From: Lachnospiraceae bacterium
GTDB taxonomy: Bacteria > Bacillota > Clostridia > Lachnospirales > Lachnospiraceae
Direction of reading: 5' to 3'
Assembly (NCBI GenBank): GCA_014804615.1
Contig: JAAUZL010000024.1
Coordinates: forward strand, 49,800 to 113,799
DNA: 64,000 bases
Shown: positions 1 through 9,406 of the stretch, piece after piece
Numbering within the stretch: the first letter of the stretch is position 1
Layout of the letters: the number at the start of each line of letters is the position of its first letter
Notes under the pieces: model-generated
Databases searched by the model: none
What the model was told of the DNA's origin: nothing
What the model saw: only the letters and a program-made list of their open reading frames with translations
Translations under genes and position numbers: made by a program

Positions 1-446
1 GTAAGCGGCGCCCCATATACTTCCATTGTGGAAAGAAACAGAAACCCTTTCACCGGATTCTTTGTGGCAAATTCCAGCATCCTTCTGGTTCCCTCCACGG
101 ATGTATATATAACTTCCGCCGGCTGGGCCTGAAAACTTCTGCTGGATGTGATACTTGCTCCATGAATCATATAGTCCACGGATTGGTTCACTGCCTCCAG
201 CTGCGTAATATCAGAATGGATATATTCCACTCGCCCCTCCAGATCGCTCCAGATTCGTTGCGCCTTCTCCAAATCCCGAACCACAGCTATAACTTTACAG
301 TCACAATACTGCGCTAAAAAACGAACCAGATATTTGCCGACCAACCCCGTGGCTCCCGAAATCAGAACCCTGCTTCCGTCAATCTTTACAGGATCAATCT
401 TCCTCCGAATATTCTCCATATCCTCAACAATGAATCTGTCCGTCAT
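1..446 (-). CDS. NAD-dependent epimerase/dehydratase-type (extended SDR) protein, 3' end cut by window edge
   Basis: My own translation from ATG at 446, not in the ORF track: MTDRFIVEDMENIRRKIDPVKIDGSRVLISGATGLVGKYLV... It has a GxxGxxG Rossmann motif and stays open to position 1. A strong RBS (GGAGGAGGAGAAGGAG) lies just upstream. Confidence 0.7.
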   Translation of the reverse strand, partial: MTDRFIVEDMENIRRKIDPVKIDGSRVLISGATGLVGKYLVRFLAQYCDCKVIAVVRDLEKAQRIWSDLEGRVEYIHSDITQLEAVNQSVDYMIHGASITSSRSFQAQPAEVIYTSVEGTRRMLEFATKNPVKGFLFLSTMEVYGAPL

Positions 447-477
447 ACTCCTTCTCCTCCTCCCGGCGCAGCCACAG

Positions 478-1194
478 CTACGATAACTGCTGGTTTTCCC
501 TTGCGTCGTACAACGCCCGGAACATATAGAAGTCATCGGGTGTGGTAATCTTAATGTTTTCGCCGGAACACTCCACCACATGCATTTTCTTCCCATATGC
601 CCGCATTAATGTACAGGAGTCTATCATTTCCGTGTACCCGTCTTTGATCGCCTGTTCTTCCGCTTCCAGCAATTCATTCAGCCAAAAACTCTCCGGCGCC
701 TTCGCCAATCTGGAATATTTTCTGTTTTCCACTTCACTGATATCATTGTTATCATCAATCAGCACACATGTTTCCTGTGCCGGCGCACAGGTGATCGCCG
801 AACCATATTCTTTTACTCCGGAAATGTTTTCGCTGATCACTCTATTATCTATCAATGGGCGGACACCGTCGTGTATCAGAACAATATTATCCTCCAGCCC
901 ATAAAGCTCCGCCGCAGCTTTCACTCCATTATAGATGGACATCTGGCCTGTAGCTCCCCCCGGAACGATCTTCCCGATCTTATCCAGCCTGTATCTGTAC
1001 TGCATTTCCTCCATATAAGGAATCCAATCCTCCAGACAGACCACGATAATACCGTCAATTTCTTTGTGATACTGGAAAACTTCAATCGTATGCACAATGA
1101 TTGGTTTCCCATGAACCAATAGGAATTGCTTGGGTTTGTCCTTTGAATGCATTCTTTTCCCTGATCCGCCTGCAAATATTACAGCTATATTCAT
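478..1194 (-). CDS. IspD/TarI-family cytidylyltransferase (candidate ribitol-5-phosphate or similar polyol-phosphate cytidylyltransferase)
   Basis: N-terminus MNIAVIFAGGSGKRM...KPKQFL is the IspD/TarI P-loop-like signature. Size is 238 aa. RBS GGGGAGG. Confidence 0.75.
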   Translation of the reverse strand: MNIAVIFAGGSGKRMHSKDKPKQFLLVHGKPIIVHTIEVFQYHKEIDGIIVVCLEDWIPYMEEMQYRYRLDKIGKIVPGGATGQMSIYNGVKAAAELYGLEDNIVLIHDGVRPLIDNRVISENISGVKEYGSAITCAPAQETCVLIDDNNDISEVENRKYSRLAKAPESFWLNELLEAEEQAIKDGYTEMIDSCTLMRAYGKKMHVVECSGENIKITTPDDFYMFRALYDARENQQLS

Positions 1195-1233
1195 CCCTGC
1201 CTCCCCTGCTATTAACCATAATTTCTATCCATC

Positions 1234-3180
1234 TTAATTAACGGAATAATAATTTTTTATACCCCTTTCCTCCAAAAGTTTGACGACATTGTCCCGATTT
1301 TCCCTGCTGAGACAGAGTATCACTCCCCACTCTTCCTGCAGATCCAAATCCGAAAGGTACATGACAGGCTTTCCGTGAAATGTTGGGTGACGAGACTCTC
1401 CATCGGAGACAATAAACGCATCCGTGTCCCAAATCCAGTCAAAAAGTCTCTCCGCCATTTGCCCTGTTCCATAAACATACCATTTTTTATATCTTTTCCT
1501 GCATTTTTCCACTACCGACTGCACACGAAAAATTTCCTGAAATTCACTCAGTTTCTGATGCGCTCCATACACTTCCGTAAACCAGCCAATCATTGTTCTC
1601 AGATAATAATGGTAATTCGTCTCGTTCATAGCAGCATAAAAAGCACTTTCCACCACCCCAGTCAGATACCCGCTGCCCTGTACAATATAATTCCAGAGAT
1701 AACGGTATGCCTGGTCCGACAAATCAGGCTTTTCTGCCAGAAATTTCAGCACATCCGCTTTTATCCAGAAATTGTCCGTCACATTGACTGGTGGAATTTG
1801 AGGATCAGTCACTGCGTGTATCTTCAGTTCAGCCAGATATTCCTGCACCTCTGCATACCGCTGCTCCCATTCAAACCCAATTTCTCCGAGCCACGTGCCA
1901 AAAATCAGAACCGGCGGCATGAGCATCCCTACATAGGGCTTTGTCTCCAAAAGATTAATGACGGAACCGATATGGCCAGCGTTTTTTAACAGATTTTCCC
2001 ATATATTGAAAAAGTATGATTTTCCGCTACGGCTGGGAATTTGTTCTGATGACAGGTCACTGTCATGGATCAGACAGATATACTGGTACCGCTCCGTGTC
2101 TATCGTCCGCAGAATTTCCATATCCGTACTCTCAGACAAAATTGCCGCAACTCCTCTTTTCCGGTAACATTCCACCACCTTCGTACTGTCTGTGTAAATC
2201 CTGACATCACAGACTTCCTCAATTCCATCCAAATACTCACACACCGTTTCAGCGGCATTCTCCCAGTCTGCACAAATACAGATCAATGCACTGTCATATT
2301 TCTTCTCCGGTTTCTTTTCCTCCAGAATATACTGCATTCCCAGATTTCTCTGCAATTTAGTCGGATGCTGTGTACGGATCAGGTGTTTCCATATCAAATT
2401 TACATCATAGTCTGTTTCCTTATCTATGTACTCAATACTTAAAGCCGGATTCTCCTGTGTCTGGCAGTATAGAGTATTGTACGTCATCTGCTTTCTCTTT
2501 AAAAAAGGAAAGTTCCTCTTCCTCATCATTTCATAAGCCAGACAATCACACTGGAAAAACTGATTTCTCGGGTTCCGTGATTCATTTACAGCAGTATTCG
2601 CATAAGTATCATAGCGATAGCCGAGAGCCGCAAAATGCCTGGTCAGCTGGCGCTCATACCGCATGACCACCTCCATGTAATTCCCGTAGTAGGGCATTTC
2701 TTCCCAATAGCTCCGAAAGTCTTCACTGTGGAGCAATGGCGACTGAAATACATAAAAAAAGGATAGGATATGCTCCGGATCCTTACCGGTGGCACCATAT
2801 TCCCTTGGGCCGCCTCTCATCAGCCCCCAGAAATCCAAATTTCTGGATTCCATTTCAGAAAAAATTTTGCGAATATCATCAAACGGACCATAGAAGGAGT
2901 CATTAGCCAGAATCAGCTCATCATACTCTCTCAATTTTTCCCATCCCACATAGGTACATAATGCATCCTTAAATCCCCCTGCATCCAGCCCCACATTTTC
3001 CCGGTAGAAAATGCTGTCGGCATGATCCGTGAGATTATACAGCCCCTTCTCTATCCCCGGCATGTTGCATACCACGATTACAGAGGATGCGACAGTTCGC
3101 ATGCTGTGGAGAAAATATCCGATATAGTCATCTATGATATTTTGTTTGTCATAGGTAAGGTAAATTAATAGTCTACGCAT
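1234..3180 (-). CDS. RgpF (rhamnan synthesis protein F) family glycosyltransferase with an extra C-terminal Rossmann-like module
   Basis: Motifs YDKQNIIDDY, RENVGLDAGGFK, LILANDSFYGPF and DFWGL are typical of the RgpF family. The C-terminal ~90 aa (KKWYVYGTGQMAE...) form the recurrent module described in the findings. Confidence 0.7.
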   Translation of the reverse strand: MRRLLIYLTYDKQNIIDDYIGYFLHSMRTVASSVIVVCNMPGIEKGLYNLTDHADSIFYRENVGLDAGGFKDALCTYVGWEKLREYDELILANDSFYGPFDDIRKIFSEMESRNLDFWGLMRGGPREYGATGKDPEHILSFFYVFQSPLLHSEDFRSYWEEMPYYGNYMEVVMRYERQLTRHFAALGYRYDTYANTAVNESRNPRNQFFQCDCLAYEMMRKRNFPFLKRKQMTYNTLYCQTQENPALSIEYIDKETDYDVNLIWKHLIRTQHPTKLQRNLGMQYILEEKKPEKKYDSALICICADWENAAETVCEYLDGIEEVCDVRIYTDSTKVVECYRKRGVAAILSESTDMEILRTIDTERYQYICLIHDSDLSSEQIPSRSGKSYFFNIWENLLKNAGHIGSVINLLETKPYVGMLMPPVLIFGTWLGEIGFEWEQRYAEVQEYLAELKIHAVTDPQIPPVNVTDNFWIKADVLKFLAEKPDLSDQAYRYLWNYIVQGSGYLTGVVESAFYAAMNETNYHYYLRTMIGWFTEVYGAHQKLSEFQEIFRVQSVVEKCRKRYKKWYVYGTGQMAERLFDWIWDTDAFIVSDGESRHPTFHGKPVMYLSDLDLQEEWGVILCLSRENRDNVVKLLEERGIKNYYSVN

Positions 3181-3190
3181 GGTTACTCCG

Positions 3191-4303
3191 TTACATTATA
3201 TTCGGCAAAAGCAACTGATTTTCTTCAAAAATTCCTTTGAGCTGTGGATATACCTCCAAGAACGACTTCTTTCCAAGAGCAACCACCAATCCATCATCAC
3301 AGCTCATCTGAACGTCTTCCAATTTCCTTACATATTGATTCTGTTTCGTTACATTCGAATCGATGAATCCGGAAACTTCCCATCCTTTGTATACGAATAA
3401 ACTTTCCATTGCATGTCCCCACTTCCCATACCCATAAATATATATTTTCTTATGGGTATTTACGAACTGTTTGATTTCACAAAAAGAAAATGGAGCCGAG
3501 GATGTTTCTTTTTCTATCCGCTCTATGTGATCCCATATCATTTTCGTACTGTATTCAAAATGGTTTTCAATATAGTGTAACGCTGCGCCCGCCTGCACAA
3601 AATTTGTAATCGTAATGGCTTTTCTTTTTAATACTGGGAAACGGCAACTTCTTATCAAATCATACGGGTGTACACAATACACCGTCTCTCCTGTTTTCGT
3701 ATATATATCGTCATTATCTAACCATGAAGCATATTTAAAACCCTGTTTTGAGTGGTATACAGTAAACATTACCTCAAATCGGCATATTACATCATGATAT
3801 GTGGATAGGTTGTCCAGAGTACGCCAAAACTCCACAAAAGCACTGCTCACAAGCATCCTCTTTCTTATTACTAAAAAATAGCCCTGCACGTGCTCCGGCA
3901 GATCACCGCCATACCATTTAGCTTTACCCTTAACCCATTTACTCAGCCCCCAGAAATCAACGTCTCGCACTTCCATTTCCTCAAAAATGACCTGCCAATC
4001 AAAAAATGGTCCGTAAAAGGTATCGTTTAAAAGCACTATTTCATCCCAGTTAGCTAACTCATTATTTTCAGCTAAACCTAAAATTATTTCTTTATAAGCA
4101 CCTGCATCATATCCAACATTTTTTCTGATTACCACATTTTCCGTGTATGTATTAAATTTCTTTAGGAAATCACTGCGGACTATTCCATTGACAACAATAA
4201 TTATCTTGTCAACAATCCCTGCCATACTATCCAGCAGGTGATATACATAGGCATCGGCTTTGCCTTCCTTATCATAAAATACGAATATCCCCAATCTGTT
4301 CAC
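3191..4303 (-). CDS. RgpF-family glycosyltransferase (short form) with C-terminal Rossmann-like module
   Basis: Motifs FYDKEGKADAYV, RKNVGYDAGAYK, VLLNDTFYGPF and DFWGL. GTG start preceded by GGAGGTG. C-terminal module HKKIYIYGYGKWG... Confidence 0.7.
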   Translation of the reverse strand: MNRLGIFVFYDKEGKADAYVYHLLDSMAGIVDKIIIVVNGIVRSDFLKKFNTYTENVVIRKNVGYDAGAYKEIILGLAENNELANWDEIVLLNDTFYGPFFDWQVIFEEMEVRDVDFWGLSKWVKGKAKWYGGDLPEHVQGYFLVIRKRMLVSSAFVEFWRTLDNLSTYHDVICRFEVMFTVYHSKQGFKYASWLDNDDIYTKTGETVYCVHPYDLIRSCRFPVLKRKAITITNFVQAGAALHYIENHFEYSTKMIWDHIERIEKETSSAPFSFCEIKQFVNTHKKIYIYGYGKWGHAMESLFVYKGWEVSGFIDSNVTKQNQYVRKLEDVQMSCDDGLVVALGKKSFLEVYPQLKGIFEENQLLLPNIM

Positions 4304-4354
4304 TCAATAATTCACCTCCGCAAACATCCCCATAACAATAACTCACAAAAATGT

Positions 4355-5281
4355 TTATTTTACAGGTTTAGGATATTCTGTTGATTTAGCCACGTCTACA
4401 AGTCCAATATTATCCCATGAAAGATCCTCAAACTCCTCGACCTTTTCTCCCAGATACTCTGAATGGCAATACAGTCCATTTACCTTGCGGCCTGCCAAAT
4501 ATTCGGATGCATATTCGGAAAATCTGCCTTCCAGCAGATTGCAGCACCCCTTTTTGAGACAACGCATTCCAAATTTTTCCGGGAACAAAGCATCTAATGC
4601 GTTTTCGCTAAATTGGAAAAAATGCCATGGTCTTTGATGACTGGAATAAGAATAATGTGTTTCAATGAAAACACATCCATGTAATTTAAGTAATTTAGTT
4701 ATCTCAACAGAAACTTTCCAAGGCATTGCCAAATGCTCAAAAACTGCACTACTAAAAATCAAGTCAAATTTTCTATCAAAGTATTGACTTAACTTATGCG
4801 CATCGCCGACAACGTCAACATTCTCCCCCGGATAATAGTCAAATCCTGTATAGCTTGCCTCGGAAAATTTATTTCGCAAATTTGCTCCAGTTACATTCCT
4901 GGAACCGATTTCTAATATTTCCATTCCTTTCTTATTAAATAATCCCTGTAAATAAGTTACCCAATTATCATGACATATTTCTATATCCGTTGACACATCT
5001 ACCTTGTTGTATATATCTGCCGCAATTCTATAATTATCTATGCCTAATTCTTTCAATTGCTCTTCAATGTCTTTATGCGCAACCATCGTTATGACAATAT
5101 CATATTCCCTATACTTTTCCATATATTCACTAACTCCAATAATGGGAATTTTTTGTTCAAACAACTGACCAATTATAGCCGGGTTATTATCCATCACAGC
5201 AATAATTTCAAATCTCCTGTTTGGATTATAAAAGCAACTTTTTCCTATTTTTCCAGCCCCGAATATTACTACCTTTTCCAT
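4355..5281 (-). CDS. class I SAM-dependent methyltransferase with N-terminal Rossmann-like module
   Basis: N-terminus is MEKVVIFGAGKIGK. The C-terminal half has ILEIGSRNVTG ... FDLIFSSAVFEHL (Methyltransf_11-like motifs I and post-I). Confidence 0.6.
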   Translation of the reverse strand: MEKVVIFGAGKIGKSCFYNPNRRFEIIAVMDNNPAIIGQLFEQKIPIIGVSEYMEKYREYDIVITMVAHKDIEEQLKELGIDNYRIAADIYNKVDVSTDIEICHDNWVTYLQGLFNKKGMEILEIGSRNVTGANLRNKFSEASYTGFDYYPGENVDVVGDAHKLSQYFDRKFDLIFSSAVFEHLAMPWKVSVEITKLLKLHGCVFIETHYSYSSHQRPWHFFQFSENALDALFPEKFGMRCLKKGCCNLLEGRFSEYASEYLAGRKVNGLYCHSEYLGEKVEEFEDLSWDNIGLVDVAKSTEYPKPVK

Positions 5282-5324
5282 AATCTCATTGTCCCCTTTA
5301 TCTATACAGTCTCCAAAATCTTTA

Positions 5325-6206
5325 TCATTTTATTGGCTCTGCAATCCAATTTTTTGACAACAAATATGTTTCCTGCCTCTTTTTCCCTCTTAGGAACCAC
5401 CTTTCAGGACCAATCACCGTTTTACATTCATTTTTATTAAGCCATGCTCCCCACCAGCTAAAAGTACTATTAGCTATAATCTGATTTTTACAGCGGCTCA
5501 TAACCATTAATTCTTCATAATCTTCTAATTTTTCATTTTCACTTACAAAATAATGATCTTCGGTAAAATTTAGATTTCTCTTGACCCATTCAACATCATC
5601 TGAAAAAATGATCCAAAACGGATCTTTTACGATACTCTTCATATGTTCCATGGCATTATGGTAATAGCTTATCGGTAATTGATTTGATACTTTTACGTAA
5701 TCTCCCCGCCTGATGTGAACCGAAACCGTATTTTTTGTTTTCAATATTTCTTTTAATCTGCCACTTATCCTTATTTTTTTTCTTGGGACAATCTCTTTTC
5801 TTATTATTTCTCTATACTCGGAAAAATACCTTTCATCCTGGAACCATCCTTGTAAATACCAATTACCTTTCCAGGTCAATAATTCCTTATGATATTCGGC
5901 TTTGGGCTCTTCATAAAATTTGTACGGTAATAACCCCATCAAAGATAATTTTTTTATTGTATCCCGTATAAATGTACCACTATTAAGATATGGATAAAAA
6001 TTTTGAACATTCTGACAAATGGGTAATGTAATTCTAAAATCTGTCAATTCACATTTGCGTTTAGTTTTCCCTTGTTCCGCCGCCAAACTCCCTGTTTCCC
6101 GAATATCCAGAAATACTTTTTGATCTGTTGATAAAGATAATGCCCTTGCGTACGCATATTGAAATAATTGATTCCCAAGTCCTTCGTATATCCTGACAAT
6201 AATCAC
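5325..6206 (-). CDS. GT11-family alpha-1,2-fucosyltransferase-like glycosyltransferase
   Basis: GLGNQLFQYAYA, HIRRGDY and NSTFSWWGAWL are the three hallmark GT11 motifs. GTG start with GGGGGA RBS. Confidence 0.75.
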   Translation of the reverse strand: MIIVRIYEGLGNQLFQYAYARALSLSTDQKVFLDIRETGSLAAEQGKTKRKCELTDFRITLPICQNVQNFYPYLNSGTFIRDTIKKLSLMGLLPYKFYEEPKAEYHKELLTWKGNWYLQGWFQDERYFSEYREIIRKEIVPRKKIRISGRLKEILKTKNTVSVHIRRGDYVKVSNQLPISYYHNAMEHMKSIVKDPFWIIFSDDVEWVKRNLNFTEDHYFVSENEKLEDYEELMVMSRCKNQIIANSTFSWWGAWLNKNECKTVIGPERWFLRGKKRQETYLLSKNWIAEPIK

Positions 6207-6272
6207 ACTGTATCCCCCATAAATAACTCACAAAAAAGTCAGCTTTCAGACATCATATTCGATTGTCTCAGC

Positions 6273-6749
6273 TTACATTTCATATAGAACATCTTCCAAA
6301 GAAATAATCGGGCATTCCACTTTCTGGCTCATCATCTCTTCGATCTCATCAAAATAATAAATGGCAGTGACTACAATGATATCTACAGGCGCCATCTCAT
6401 CATCTGGCGTCACCACATCTACATCCGCATAAATGGAATCCGCTTTCTTATCAATGGCATATTTCACGGTAACCTCAGAACCCTTCAACTCGTCACACAG
6501 ACGCTCTCCCAGCTCCTTCATGCCATAAACCGCCACTGTCTTATAGCCGTTTCTGGTAAAGTACTCCACTAATGTTTTTCCCTCCTGGCGAATCCGTAGC
6601 CACCGGTCATAAGCCATGTAGAGCCCATGCACCTTAGCACGCACTTCCTTCATCTCTTTGATCTTCTTTGACGATGTCGTCCCTGTCGCGATTCCTGCGG
6701 CTGCCGCTCCTACTGCCATACCAAATAATGCTGAAATTCCTTTCTTCAT
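6273..6749 (-). CDS. membrane-anchored mini-protein: N-terminal TM helix plus Rossmann-like module, function unknown
   Basis: N-terminal hydrophobic segment ALFGMAVGAAAAGIATG, then YKTVAVYGMKELGERL...DIIVVTAI...ISLEDVLYE. Paralogous to 7983..8447. ATGA overlap with the upstream GT4 gene. Confidence 0.55.
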   Translation of the reverse strand: MKKGISALFGMAVGAAAAGIATGTTSSKKIKEMKEVRAKVHGLYMAYDRWLRIRQEGKTLVEYFTRNGYKTVAVYGMKELGERLCDELKGSEVTVKYAIDKKADSIYADVDVVTPDDEMAPVDIIVVTAIYYFDEIEEMMSQKVECPIISLEDVLYEM

Positions 6750-7909
6750 GTCTGTCTCTCCTTTACTTGTATTCTCTTCATCATATTTTCCACTGTCTTG
6801 AAATATTTTTCCGGATCTAAATCCCTTATTTTTTCCTGTGTTCTATTGCATATTCCTTCCTTATCTTTTTCGCTTAACTGAAATACATATTCTATTTTAT
6901 TTTTCAAGCTCTCTGCCGAGCCATTCTGTATTAGGAATCCATTATATCCATCTGTTATAAACTGTTCCAGACTACTGTTCTCTGATCCTATTACTATTTT
7001 ATGTAATGATAATGCTTCCGCACATGCATTAGGAAAGTTATCTTTAAGTGAGGGCATCAAAATAATCTCTGCTTTCCTGATCACCGGATATAATTTTTCA
7101 TGTGATACGGATCCCAAAAAAATAATCCGCTTTTTATATTCCCTTGCCGCTGACAGTATTTCCGAACAAATATCTTTTTCTGCTGTCCCTGCAAATACAA
7201 AATATATGTCACGATATGCTTTCAACACATCATACACACAATCTCTGATTAATCCGATTCCTTTGTCTTCTGACATCCTGCCAAAAAACAGCACATATCT
7301 CTTGCCGCTGAGCTGTTGATTCAAAAGAAAGTCATCTTCCTCCAAATCCTCTTTTACAAAAGGCGTCTCTATCACATATACCTTTCTATGAATATCATCT
7401 TCCAATGCTTTCGCCATAATATTACTTGGCGCATAAATCGCATTCATTCTTCTTGCCGCACATCTCTCGAAAAAACTTAATAATTTAACGGTCTGTTGGC
7501 TATAACAAGAGGAAAGCTGCGCCTTGGTATAAGAAGAAACTCTCATCACTGAAGGAATTTTTGAATGAAATAAGCCTACGCCAAACCACCCCGTATATTG
7601 TATCACATCTATTTTTTCCGTTTTTAATATTTCCCGAATTGCCTTTTGAATCCTCAATTCTCTTGTTACTATAGCAGCCGCTTTATAAATGTCCTTGTCC
7701 TTCAGCCGCCAAGTAGACGAACAAACCGAGATAATTCGTATCCCCTCATAGTTCCAGATTCGATTCACACTATCCGCCGTAAGAATTGAAACCGTATGAC
7801 CTCTTTTTTTCATGCCCGCTGCATTCATTAATACAGCTTTTGGCATACCACTCTGAATCTTCTCACGCCTGCTTTTTGCAAACAGCCCTGTCACATACAA
7901 AATATTCAT
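6746..7909 (-). CDS. GT4-family (glycosyl transferases group 1) glycosyltransferase
   Basis: C-terminal half has FFGRMSEDKGI ... LMPSLKDNFPNACAEALSLHKIVIG ... DGYNGFL, an EX7E-type GT-B signature. Confidence 0.75.
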   Translation of the reverse strand: MNILYVTGLFAKSRREKIQSGMPKAVLMNAAGMKKRGHTVSILTADSVNRIWNYEGIRIISVCSSTWRLKDKDIYKAAAIVTRELRIQKAIREILKTEKIDVIQYTGWFGVGLFHSKIPSVMRVSSYTKAQLSSCYSQQTVKLLSFFERCAARRMNAIYAPSNIMAKALEDDIHRKVYVIETPFVKEDLEEDDFLLNQQLSGKRYVLFFGRMSEDKGIGLIRDCVYDVLKAYRDIYFVFAGTAEKDICSEILSAAREYKKRIIFLGSVSHEKLYPVIRKAEIILMPSLKDNFPNACAEALSLHKIVIGSENSSLEQFITDGYNGFLIQNGSAESLKNKIEYVFQLSEKDKEGICNRTQEKIRDLDPEKYFKTVENMMKRIQVKERQT

Positions 7910-7982
7910 TTGCTAATTCTCCATAATCATCGTTCCTCAGCTGTATTTTGATATATCCCTTGATGAAATCAGCTTTATTAAT

Positions 7983-8447
7983 TTATTCATATAAAATATC
8001 TTCCAATGACACAACATCCGTTCGCATTTTTTCGTTCAACACTTTCCTTACTTCCGGATAAGATATAATTGCTGTAACAATAACTACATCCGCCTCTGGA
8101 ATGCTATCATGTACATTATAGATAGGTATAAGCGAACTATATACATGCTCTGAATTTCTATCTATTCCACATACTACTTCAATTCCATTTCTATAAAGAT
8201 ATTCCCCTAAACAATCCCCAAAATAACTCATCCCATAAATACATACTTTTTTATACTTATGCTTGATAATATAATCTGTTATCTTTGAAGGATCCTTTAT
8301 CCACCTGACAGCTAATTTCAACTGATCTAGATACTTATCTGACCTCTGTTTCATATGTATCGTTTCGTTGCTGGAAAGTTTCAGCCCATAAAAAAGACCA
8401 ACTATAAACGCAACAATAATTGAAATAAAAAATAATATGAATACCAT
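7983..8447 (-). CDS. membrane-anchored mini-protein, paralog of 6273..6749, function unknown
   Basis: TM helix FILFFISIIVAFIVGLFYGL, then YKKVCIYGMSYFGDCL...DVVIVTAI...VSLEDILYE. Confidence 0.55.
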   Translation of the reverse strand: MVFILFFISIIVAFIVGLFYGLKLSSNETIHMKQRSDKYLDQLKLAVRWIKDPSKITDYIIKHKYKKVCIYGMSYFGDCLGEYLYRNGIEVVCGIDRNSEHVYSSLIPIYNVHDSIPEADVVIVTAIISYPEVRKVLNEKMRTDVVSLEDILYE

Positions 8448-8451
8448 AATT

Positions 8452-9372
8452 TTACCTTTTTTTAAACATCCTTTTTTTTATAAAATCCATAGTAACCGCA
8501 ATACCCACTCTCTTTTGAATATACGGTATTTGTTTCAAAAATTCATACATCGATGGTAATGAATTATCATACCAGCTTGTATAACGCTTTTTAATCTCTT
8601 TATATTCCAGCTTCATTCCTATGAGTTCTTCTAATTTAACAAGAAGTCCTGTATATTCTTCAAAAATCATCTTACGGGTATTCGTAACGTTATATGAAGA
8701 AGCACTTCTTATTCTGTCCGACCTATATACCCCGATTATTTTACCCAATTGAAATATATTTCCATGCAATAGCACATAGATTTCTCTGGTAATATCGCTA
8801 ACTTTTCGAGATGCTAAGTAATAGCGGTAATCATATTTGCCATCGCTATAGAAATTTCTGTATAAAATTGCGCACATATCAATAACTGCCTTACCAGACA
8901 ACACATCATTCAAACAAATTTCCGTATTGTTCTGGCTTGTATTATATGAAATAGTCATTAATCCCGTTCTTTCCGATAACGTAATCCGCCTTCCACATAC
9001 ACCGGCATAATCCTCATGACATTCCAGCCATTCCACAAGAGTCTGAATACTGTCTTCTCCCACACAATAATCATCCCCCTCACATAAATAAATGTATTTC
9101 CCTCGTGCCTCCTGATAAGTCATATAACCATTTATACCAACGTTTTTTTCCCTTAAAATTAATCTGACATTTTCGATATTGCTATAATTATCTCTTAAAA
9201 TCTGCTGAGTATGATCCGTCGATGCATCGTCAGCAATTAACACCTCATATGTAAAGCTCATTTTCTGACTTAGGATACTGTCTACCGCCTGCTTGATATA
9301 TTTTTCATGATTATAAGTTATTACACAGATACTTACCAAAGGAGTCTGCTTAATCTGTTTACATTCATTCAT
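8452..9372 (-). CDS. GT2-family glycosyltransferase
   Basis: LVSICVITYNHEKYIKQAVDSILSQ...EVLIADDASTD is a classic GT2 N-terminal motif. Confidence 0.8.
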   Translation of the reverse strand: MNECKQIKQTPLVSICVITYNHEKYIKQAVDSILSQKMSFTYEVLIADDASTDHTQQILRDNYSNIENVRLILREKNVGINGYMTYQEARGKYIYLCEGDDYCVGEDSIQTLVEWLECHEDYAGVCGRRITLSERTGLMTISYNTSQNNTEICLNDVLSGKAVIDMCAILYRNFYSDGKYDYRYYLASRKVSDITREIYVLLHGNIFQLGKIIGVYRSDRIRSASSYNVTNTRKMIFEEYTGLLVKLEELIGMKLEYKEIKKRYTSWYDNSLPSMYEFLKQIPYIQKRVGIAVTMDFIKKRMFKKR

Positions 9373-9406
9373 AATACCTTTTCACCTTTACCCCCTATGA
9401 TATCTA

